NCBI GenBank assembly: GCA_000165345.1
Contig: CM000433.1
Coordinates: forward strand, 832,001-896,000
Direction: 5' to 3'
Length of the DNA: 64,000 bases
A model generated the notes under the pieces. That model was not told the origin of the DNA and ran no database searches. It worked only from the letters and a program-made list of their open reading frames with translations. Of the stretch, positions 52,686-62,476 are shown in pieces (the stretch's first letter is position 1; every line of letters starts with the position of its first letter). Position numbers and translations under genes: made by a program.

Positions 52686-55574
52686 ATGTCAATAAAGCTA
52701 CGCGAACTAATTAGACAAGTTAGAAACTGCAAAACGGCAGCAGAAGAAAGGTCTATAATTTCAAAAGAATGTGCCCATATCAGAGCACTTTTTAAAGAAG
52801 ATGAAAATCAATATAGACAAAGAAATATTGCAAAATTATTATTTATTCATATGCTTGGATATCCAAGTCAATTTGGACAAGTTGAATGCTTAAAACTAAT
52901 TGCTAGCAATAAATTTTGTGAAAAAAGAATTGGATATCTTGCGATTTGTCAATTATTAGATGAAGATTCTGAAATTTTATTGCTTGCAACCAATAGTATC
53001 AAGAATGATCTGAATCACTCAAACCAATATATTAATGGACTTGCACTCTCTGCTATAGCTAACACAGCTCCTAAAGAGATGTGTAGAGCAGTTTTTAGAG
53101 AAGTTAGTGAACTTTTACTAGTTGGGAACCCATTCATCAAGAAAAGAGCATTACTTGCATCAGTACATATTATTCGAGTTCTTGAAGATGCAGAAATTGA
53201 GTCATTTATTAACTGTATTCCTTCTTTACTTGAAGATAAGCATCATGGAGTTCTTTTAGGTACTTGTCATATGATTAATTCAATAATACAATATCATCCT
53301 GAACATATTGAAGCTTTAGGACCTTTTGTACCTTTATTAGTAAAAATATTAAACACAATAAGTATGGCAGGATATCTTAATTCTATGGAATATGATAATG
53401 GAGGAGTCACAGACCAATTTCTACAAGTACATATACTAATTACAATTGGTGATCTCAGAACTGTTATTGCAGATGATATTAAAGAGAATATTTGTGCCGT
53501 ATTAGCTCAATTATTGACTAATACTGATCATTCCAAAAATGGCGGGAATTCTATTTTATATGAATCTGTTAGAACCATTATTAAATTATTACCATATATT
53601 AATGAGGATGGATTATATATGTTAGCTGTTAATACGGTAACAAAATTCTTACAAAATACTGATTTAAATATCCGTTTTGTTGCCCTTGGTTTATTAGAAA
53701 ATATGAAAGAATTTCCAAATAACTCCAGTACTTGTTCAATAGTCTCAAATGTTAATGAGAGCTTAACTGGAAATAATGACAACAGTAATAATGAAACTGC
53801 GCATGCAGGTTTGGCGCCACATCATGCATTAATTTTAGACTGTTTGAAAGATTCTGACTCGTCAATTAAACTTAGGGCATTAAAAGTTTTGTTTTCTGTA
53901 ATAAATGAAAACAATATAAAGACTTTTATTAAGGACTTATTGAATGCATTATTGATTTCAACAGAAAATGAAGAAATTGATTTTTCTATAGAATTAGCAA
54001 CAGGAATGTGTATTGCGGTAAGGAAATGTAAGCATTTAACCCCACAGTGGTATATTGATACTTATATTAAACTATTTTGCTTGGCTGGAAATATTATTAA
54101 AGAAGAAGAAAGGGATTACTTTATTTCTTACCTTTCTTCTTTAAGTGATTCAAGCATTCATTCATATACTGTCAAAAAGTTATATTTATCATTATTATCA
54201 AGAAATGACCAAATTTTACTAATTCAAGTTACTTTATGGGCAATTGGCGAATATTCTCAGCATCTATTTACTAATAATAATGGAATTGGCTCTTTTGAAG
54301 AACAAAAATCTTTAGATACCTCAGAAATTGATATCTCTGAAGAATCTGTTATGAGTTTAATTGAAAATATTTTAGTTTGTAATTCAAGGGAAATGTCAAA
54401 TAGTAACTACTCATTATCAATATCAGGAATCAATAATTTATGCATTGATTATTCTCATCCAATAAAAGGAGTTGGAACTTATGGCTCTATTAGCTCTATA
54501 GAAACTACAATCAACTTTGCATTAGTAGCTTTGATCAAAGCTAGTATTCGACTCAAGACCCAAAAAAATAAGATACTACAGCTTATTCAGAGTCAAGCAT
54601 CATCTCCATCAGTTGAAATACAACAAAGAGCTTTAGAATATATACAAATTTTGAATTCTAACTGGGATTCTAACCGAAGTCAAATTCTTAACCCTATTCC
54701 AGTATTTGATCTTTCAAATCTTTACTCTAATGAAACTAGAACAAACAGCTATATTAATCTCAATGCCTATAACTCTCCAAAAAATACTAAGAATGAAAAT
54801 ATAAATAACAAATCTAATGATAATACCCTTGTAACAGATCTTTTAGACCTTGATTCTAATATTAATGAAGTAACAGGTAATACAAGTACTAATAATATTA
54901 ACAATTCTAAAGTTGAATCGACTAATGGAAACATCCTGGACTTATTTGACACTATAGCCAGTAATAATACAAAGACTAATCACATCGATTTTAATGCAAA
55001 TGATTCTATGGCTCCAGTTTCTAAAATTGATCCTGTTTTAACTATCACTCATAATAATTCTGGTAACAGTAATAACAACTTACTTAATTTTAATGATAAT
55101 AAACCTACAATAACTACCAAGAGTTCTCCATTTGAGGATCTTATTGACTTTAATAAGCTTGATTTATCTTCTTCACACTCTTCTTCAATTCAAAATAATA
55201 ATTTAAATTCTATTGAAACTATTAAAATTTATGAAAACAAGGATATTAGAATCACATTTGATATATCCAAAAACAAATTCAACCAAAGAGAAACCAACTT
55301 CACTGCAAAGTATTTCAATATTTCTGATGTAGATATATCAAACTTTAAACTAGAAATTGCTGTTCCAAAATATCTTAATATTCAGCTTGAAACTGCCTCT
55401 AGCAACTACCTTCCTTCTAATAACTTCAATCATCCAGCAAAACAAGAAATTAAAGTTACCAAAAATGGAGATGAAAATAATCAAATACTTATGAAGCTTA
55501 GAATTAACTATCTTATCAACAATAACCAAGTTACCGAATATTCGAATGTAAATAATATTCCCAGCAAATATTAA
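52686..55574 (+). CDS. AP1G: AP-1 adaptor complex gamma-adaptin large subunit, with an Asn/Ser-rich hinge and C-terminal ear
   Basis: The N-terminal [73 protein letters not shown]...K-R-I-G-Y-L-A is nearly collinear with human AP1G1 ([29 protein letters not shown]...[31 protein letters not shown]). Single 962-codon exon. Confidence 0.9.
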   Translation: [962 protein letters not shown]

Positions 55575-55736
55575 TTATAATTTTAATAATATACAAATAT
55601 TTATTATTACGTGTTTGCATGCATTTTTCTGCATGTATTTGTTTTTTTTTGACACGTCATTTTTTTTCTCAATGTGGATAATAAAAAGTAATTTAGATAT
55701 ATATATATATGTATATATATATTTATATATATTTAC

Positions 55737-58700
55737 TTAAAGTGCACTACCTCTAATTTTCTTAATACTTTCTAATATATTTAATGTCATTTGTTTATTA
55801 ATATATCTGTTATTTTTAATACAAGAATATAAAAGGAAGCCGCAATTAAGACACCCATTTTTACAGTTACAGCTATTTATATTATCCCTCATATTAAAAA
55901 TAATATCTTCAATAATTCGAACTTCCTTTCCGTTTGAAGTACATTTCAATTTCATTAGTTCATTAAAATATCCATTACCTCCCTTTTTATTTTCATATAG
56001 CAGAAGAGTGATAGAATTTGTTTGTTTATCTTTTTGATTATAAATTTTAACTAAAAGATAATTTCAGATAAATGTAATTTATTATTTTTTTTCTCAAGAA
56101 AAATTATACTTAATAAACTTACTGTCAGGGCATTCACAAGAAATATCATTAATATTACAAGATATAAACTTTGGAAGCGAATTAATAACATTGTGAATAA
56201 TCCCATGTATAGCTATATTAATTATTTCAACTTCAAATTTATCACTTAATTCTAACTTTATCTGCATTCCCATTGTATTAAATGAGTAAACTAAAGGATT
56301 TTGAATATATTTCTCTTCCATAAAAATCCATTCATTATTAATTATCTCAAATATTGAATAACTATATATATCAAAAGTAACTCTTGCTCCTGTTATATAT
56401 ATATTCATACTAATAATATCGCTTTCCAAACTTTCACTCAATGTATATCTTTCGCCATTTCCTTGCATTACTACTGAAACTTCCCCTGAAGAAACAGTCT
56501 TTTGTTTAAGTCTATGATCACCCTTCTTAATTTCTTGTACTATTCCTATAATTCATTGTAATTTTTTAACAATTTAATCATTAAATCATTATTTAATTTA
56601 TAAATATTATTATTATTAACCTACCTCTTCTGGATGTTAAGTCCACTGATAAAGTCTTATATAACACCCCATTTATTGAATATATTGATTCTGGATATAC
56701 TAAACGAACTGAATTATAAATTGGTAATGTGTCAATAATCACCCTACTATCCTTAACATCGTAAAGTGATACAGTTATATCGCTATCTCTAACATCTATT
56801 TGTTTGTAAATATCTTTTGGATCATTCAAAATCAACTGATCATTATTTTCAAAATATAATGAAAGCAATGATGAAATGCATGCAGGTTCGATTCCCGCTT
56901 CAGATTGATTCTTTATCCTATTCCAATTATAATATAAATCGCATGCAACAAAATCTTGAACTTTTGAATTATCGTAAGTAACAATTAGATTTCTGTAGTA
57001 CAAAAATTTGATAATATCAACCAATATTTCAGAGTTTAAATCCAAAATCTTTGAATCTCTTTTAATATTAATAAATTTATAAGTTTCAACTGTTAAACAT
57101 ATAAGGTGAAGAATTAATAAATAAGGATTCTTTAAATTAATAACACATGAATCAAATTGTTTAGATAATAATTCATCGCCATGATTACTTATATAATTAT
57201 CAATTTCATTATTTTCATTTAATAAAAGCACTTTAATACTTTTTGTTTTATGATCTCTTCCACATCTTCCAAATTGTTGAGTCAATCTATTAATAGACCC
57301 AGGGTATCCAAAAACTATTACACTATCAAAACATTTTACATCAATTCCTAGTTCCAATGCAATAGTACTAATAACAATTTTTACTTTACCGTTAAATATT
57401 AGTGATTCTAATTTTCTTCTTTCAGTTTGAGAAATCCCTCCCCTATAAATTTGAATATCAGAATCAAAGTTGAATTGATGATCATTATGAAGATTTATCT
57501 TCTTTAAAGCCATTAAAAGGTCTCTCTTAATATTTTCAACCAATTTTCTTGAAGGACAAAATAAAATTAATTTACGATTTAAATAGTAGAATTCAATTAA
57601 CATATTAATACATTCTTTATAACTTTTATTTTTTTTTATTTGACTATAATTTTTTGTATTATCTTTAATAATATACTTATTACAATCCCAAATTAATATT
57701 GATGATTCTCCCTTTGAACTTGAATCATTATCAATAAGTGCAATATCGTTAAAATCTTTAAATTCAGAACCAATCAAGTTTTTAAAATGCTCAATAGGGT
57801 TATTTATTGTTGCAGTACATACAATATACTGAGTATATGTTTCAGAATCTATATAATTATTTTTTTGTTTGTAATATAGAATGCCTCTGTGAAGTCTTTT
57901 TAATATATAGCTTGTATTAATTCCAAAATGGCCTGTATAAATATGAGCTTCATCGATAACAAGCAATTTTAGACGATTATAAATCATACAAGATAAAAGT
58001 TCAATATTCCAATGAATAAAATCAATATTAGTTAGAATAATATTACTTTTTAATAATATTTCTCTTCTTTGATTCATATTTGTATCTCCATCAAGTTTAT
58101 TAACCTTTGGCAAAATAGTTGGAGGTTCGGGATGAAAAAAACTTAGAATTTGTGTAATCTTCATAAACTGATCTTCAGATAATGCCTTTGTTGGAAATAT
58201 TAATAAAGCCAAATTTTTTGGGTTTTGAATGGCAAATTGAATGCATGGAAGTAAATAACACATAGACTTTCCACTTGATGTACTGGTTGTAATGATTACA
58301 TTCTTTTTATCTCGCAAAATGGCTTTAATTGCATCACTCTGATGATTATAAAATCTAAATTTGTTAGATGAACTTTTATTAATATAAATGCTCAGCATAT
58401 CAATTATTTTCGGATCAAGAATTGAATATACCTGATCATTTTCATGGCAGTAGTTAGTTTCTCGTCCCTTCTCAAATTTCTGGCTTACTATTCCACCTTT
58501 TAAAATTGTACTTTTTGAAATAGTTTCAATGACTTTATCAGAGTCTACCGTTTGATTTTTTCCATTTGGGATTGACATTAATTGATTTATTCTTCTTATT
58601 CTAATTTCCTCCAGACTATTCTCTTTTACCTCAATATCAACTTTATCCGTGAATTTGTCTTCAATTTGCTCATTTTTCTCACTAATATTCATTAATAATT

Positions 58701-59308
58701 GTTTCTCAAAGAATTCTAATAAAGAGTCCATTGATTTTTTGTTGAGTTTATTGGATTGAATTAAATTATTACAAGATTTTATATCTAAGTCTTTTGGTTT
58801 GTTTTTATTACATATAGTATCAGTTCCAATATTGAAATTTATTATATAGTCCCTCGCATTAGCCAGTATTTCATTTAATTCAAAGTTAGTATTTGAATGA
58901 GATACTTGTGTTTCTGAAATCCTTGTTATTGTAATTTTATCTTTTAGTACAGCAATTACATCTTTAAAATCACCAATATTTTTAATTCCATGTACTCCAG
59001 GACATCTTCCAAGCCTACAAATGCATTCATCAGAAACCCCACACAATATTGATGATATTCTTGTAATGCATTGGTTTGAAACAAGTTTATTGTAAGTTGC
59101 TAAATATGTTCGAAGATAGAAAAAAAAAATAATCAGATTTTTGTTTAATTAATTTTCAAATATTCTAAATTCTCTGTTATTCAGTCAACTTACCTAGAAT
59201 CTTCTTTAAAAACTCAATTAATCGAATATTTTTAATAATTTGAGCCTGGTATGTATTCAATTTGTTTCTTTGATTTATTAAGTCATCCGTTCTTTCTCTT
59301 TTGAGCAT
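55737..59308 (-). CDS. DEXH-box ATP-dependent DNA helicase of the Hrq1/RecQ4-like (YprA/MrfA) family with a C-terminal DUF1998 Cys4 zinc-binding domain, four exons: 59308-59194, 59099-56625, 56545-56123, about 56029 (or 56051)-55737
   Basis: Motif I region: F-Y-N-H-Q-S-D-A-I-K-A-I-L-R-D-K-K-N-V-I-I-T-T-S-T-S-S-G-K-S-M-C-Y-L-L-P. Motif Ib: P-T-K-A-L-S-E-D-Q. Motif II: L-V-I-D-E-A-H-I-Y-T-G. Motif VI: Q-Q-F-G-R-C-G-R-D. The downstream exons encode L-L-L-Y-E-N-K-K-G-G-N-G-Y and the Cys pairs C-E-C / C-N-C...C-L-N-C typical of DUF1998. Introns on the minus strand are: ATG 59308 ... GTAAGT (59193-88) / TTTAG (59101-00); GTAGGT (56624-19) / TTATAG (56547-46); GTAAGT (56122-17) / AG at 56053-52 or 56031-30. 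The last acceptor is unresolved (see findings). Confidence 0.7.
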
Positions 59309-59540
59309 ATTTCAAGCTTCCTATATTATTTTACCATATAAAAAAAAGTGTTTTATTATTTTAAATTTTTTTCCATTCAATTTTATATTACGTGTACATT
59401 TTATACCGGCATTTCATTAAATGACGTAATAATTATTTTCTTATTTTGACATGTAACTCCGGTATTAATTTTTATCCACATGCGGGAAATTCAAATTAAT
59501 AATGAATTTAAAAATAGTATTAAAATAATAAAAGTAGAAT

Positions 59541-60800
59541 TTGATGAATAAATTTGAAAATGGTTTGGAACATGTAAAATTAAGGATTTCTAATATTGAA
59601 GATGAAATATATAATATAACAGAGTTGAGAGAAAGAAATATTATTGAGAAGGAGAAATTAGAAGATGAAATATATGAAATTATTGAAATTGAAAAAATAC
59701 TATCAGAGCTTTATGATGAATTGTACAGAATTTCAAATTTCCATGAGGCTAATAATGTTTTAATTACTAGAGCTTTTGAAGAGAAATTGGTGAAAATATT
59801 TAAAGAGTATTACTCAAATAAATTAGAGAATTTAAATAACATTAATTTTTTAGACTATGAACAAATTAAATATAGTTATCAAAATTCCAGATTATCATTA
59901 ATTAATGAGTTGAAAACTAATTTTGGGCAAGATTTGCTGAAGATTGAAGTTTTGAATAATATTATTAAAAAATTAATCGCGTCAAATGAGAAAATCTTTT
60001 ATGCTATATTCAAAGTTGAAGATTTATACAAAATACTTTTGTGCTTTATATATACAGATTTTTTGATTTGGGATCCTTTTTCAGATTCTCCAAATACTGA
60101 TTTACTTTCTTTTTCAAGCATCATCAATGATGTATTAAAACAAGATGGTGTAACTACTTTGAATGTAAGTTTTTTTAATACTGAAAAGCTTGTGGAAAAA
60201 TTATATCTTGAAAAGCTCATGAATTATATTTGTGAAATAGTAAAACTGTATTGGACTCCTTTTTATTTCAAAGAAACAGAGAAATTTGTTAAATCTATAA
60301 GAAATGTTAAAGATATTCTTGAAATTGATATGTCAGAAGTTGTGTCCGAACTCATGAATAAACTTCAAGATAATTTTAATTTTTTGATTTCAGAGAGTTT
60401 TTTAAAACCCGAAAATGAATTTAAGTTTGTATTACTGATCTTAAATTGGGCTGCTTCAGTACTCATGGTTACAAAAGCATTTCAAGTAAAACAAGAGTAT
60501 ATTAATTTATTAATAAGCAAGTCCATTCTTCATTTTTCCCAAAACTCGATCCAAAACCACGAAAATAAAAATTTAAGAAAACTACTCTGCGAAACAGAAA
60601 TTGACGTTAAAGAAATCAATGATTATTCAGTAAATGAACAAAAGTTAGATTCCAATATATTATTGAATCCTAAGGTTGCTGGCTTACTAAATATTAATGA
60701 GGTTTTATATCAAATTAAAAACAGCTTTAAATTAAATTTTCCTAAAAAAAAATATATCTTAATTGATATTATATTAGAAATTATATCAAGTTATAATTAA
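59541..60800 (+). CDS. Hypothetical Leu/Lys/Glu/Asn-rich alpha-helical protein (419 aa)
   Basis: Uninterrupted ORF, not recognisably similar to a known family. Confidence 0.5.
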   Translation: MMNKFENGLEHVKLRISNIEDEIYNITELRERNIIEKEKLEDEIYEIIEIEKILSELYDELYRISNFHEANNVLITRAFEEKLVKIFKEYYSNKLENLNNINFLDYEQIKYSYQNSRLSLINELKTNFGQDLLKIEVLNNIIKKLIASNEKIFYAIFKVEDLYKILLCFIYTDFLIWDPFSDSPNTDLLSFSSIINDVLKQDGVTTLNVSFFNTEKLVEKLYLEKLMNYICEIVKLYWTPFYFKETEKFVKSIRNVKDILEIDMSEVVSELMNKLQDNFNFLISESFLKPENEFKFVLLILNWAASVLMVTKAFQVKQEYINLLISKSILHFSQNSIQNHENKNLRKLLCETEIDVKEINDYSVNEQKLDSNILLNPKVAGLLNINEVLYQIKNSFKLNFPKKKYILIDIILEIISSYN

Positions 60801-60804
60801 TTAA

Positions 60805-61779
60805 TTATTTTCTTAGTAAAAGTTCAATACGCTCATTTATCATATTATAAACCTGTCTCGAAGATAGTACATCCATAATAATATCTGTAATTGCTTCTGG
60901 AGTAATATTTTCATTTTTTCGGTTATAATTACTTTCTAATTTACTACCTTTTCCTAAAATATCTTGAAAATGCAAAAGTTTCTGTAGTGAATCATTAATT
61001 ACTGTCTTTTCTGAATTACTCTTACTTTCCACGTTATTGATAATATTATGTTTATCAGGAATATTGGTATTATTACCGTTATTATTATTATTATTATTAT
61101 TGTTATTTACGTTATTTTTAATATTATCATCAGTAACAATTCGACTAGCTTGAATGATTTTATTATTATTTACAGAATTTCGAATCATCTGTTCTATATT
61201 AATTTCGCCTTCTTGATTCTTTTGATTAGATTTCTTGTTGAGGAATTCTAGTATGGTTTTTCCTGCATTACTATTATAAATGGAAGTAGGGTCTGACTGA
61301 AATCCATGACTTGATGAGCTGTTACAATCGATATCACTATTCAATTTTTTAACCATTAACTTCGAAACTATTTGCTTTAATGAAGCTTCAATTGATTTTC
61401 TCTCCTCCACCTCGTAAAACCATAAACAAGAAACCAAAGAGTTATTATTCTTATTTGGAAACTTATAAAATAAATAATTTGTTTCTCCACTTAACTCCCA
61501 TTCACTTGTAATTCCAAGTATAAGATTTTCAGGGTTTTTCTGATTCAAAACAATTAGTTGATATATTGGTTCTATATCCCTCTTAACAATATGTAAAAAC
61601 CCTTCAACTTCTCCTCTAACCCACTTTTGAGTAGTTCCATCCATTAAATATACGCTTACAAAACTTGAGTATGCAATAATCTCATTAATGTTCTCATCAT
61701 GACGTTTTAAAAGCTGTAAATTTAACTTTTTCCTTTCGTCCTCTAAATTGTTTTTTCTCTGATTTTCCAATGAATTCAT
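60805..61779 (-). CDS. DCP1: mRNA-decapping enzyme subunit Dcp1 (N-terminal EVH1-like domain) with a poly-Asn low-complexity middle region
   Basis: L-N-L-Q-L-L-K-R-H-D-E-N-I-N-E-I-I-A-Y-S-S-F-V-S-V-Y-L-M...W-V-R-G-E-V-E-G-F-L-H-I-V-K-R...L-I-V-L-N-Q-K-N-P-E-N-L-I-L-G-I-T-S-E-W-E-L...L-W-F-Y-E-V-E-E-R-K-S-I-E-A-S-L-K matches the Dcp1 EVH1 pattern (N-L-S-V-L-Q-R-I-D-P-Y-I...V-A-L-Y-T-F...W-E-K-T-D-V-E-G-T-L-F-V-Y-T-R...I-M-N-R-L-S-M-E-N...I-W-F-Y-D-K-E-E-C-Q-R-I-A-E-L-M-K), recalled. Confidence 0.8.
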   Translation of the reverse strand: MNSLENQRKNNLEDERKKLNLQLLKRHDENINEIIAYSSFVSVYLMDGTTQKWVRGEVEGFLHIVKRDIEPIYQLIVLNQKNPENLILGITSEWELSGETNYLFYKFPNKNNNSLVSCLWFYEVEERKSIEASLKQIVSKLMVKKLNSDIDCNSSSSHGFQSDPTSIYNSNAGKTILEFLNKKSNQKNQEGEINIEQMIRNSVNNNKIIQASRIVTDDNIKNNVNNNNNNNNNNGNNTNIPDKHNIINNVESKSNSEKTVINDSLQKLLHFQDILGKGSKLESNYNRKNENITPEAITDIIMDVLSSRQVYNMINERIELLLRK

Positions 61780-62476
61780 CTTAAATATGTCGTATTTATA
61801 GTATTAGATTATTTGCATATATAAATATATTTAGAATAACTGTACTAATTAACAAGTTCTTTACAAATTTATATAGATTATTTTATATATGACTAAATTT
61901 AGCAATAAAACAATAAATGACACCTTAAATTCAAAGTATTCACTTTAGTTATTTTACTTGTAGTTTTCTTCTTCTGAAAATTAACCCTCGCTAAATTTTG
62001 ACAATTTTTTCTATAGAAAAAATATTATCTTTAATTGTTATTTCCTATTAATATATTTGACATTTATATGATATTATACCCTGTACCGTTCCCCTCACTA
62101 TACATGGCGCCTGATTATTTGTAAAAAATTATGTTGCATGCAATAATAAATCAATCAAATATAAGCAAAAAATAAAAATAAAGAATGAAACAAAATGAAC
62201 TAAAATATAATTAATATTAAACCAAATCATTTATATAAAGTACTAGGAAAAAAGCCTTAATACTTTATTATTGTTAATATTCATTATTATTTTTTTAAAC
62301 TAATTATCATGGTAATGATTACTTTTTGTCCACATTAATTTAGAATGCATGCTATTGCATGCATGGAAAACTCGTGTAATTGAAAATAAAAATTGCTTAC
62401 GTGGGAATTTATTAATATTAATATTACTATTATTAAATCATTTATAATCAAAAAAAAATTTCAAATCAATAATGAA

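Noticed and set aside
56868-56895. tRNA-like T-arm sequence GCAGGTTCGATTCCCGC on the plus strand
   Set aside because: It lies inside the well-supported helicase coding exon (minus strand). No complementary acceptor-stem sequence ATCTGAA exists about 65 nt upstream, and the T-stem has a mismatch. It is a chance match to the GGTTCGATTCC box.
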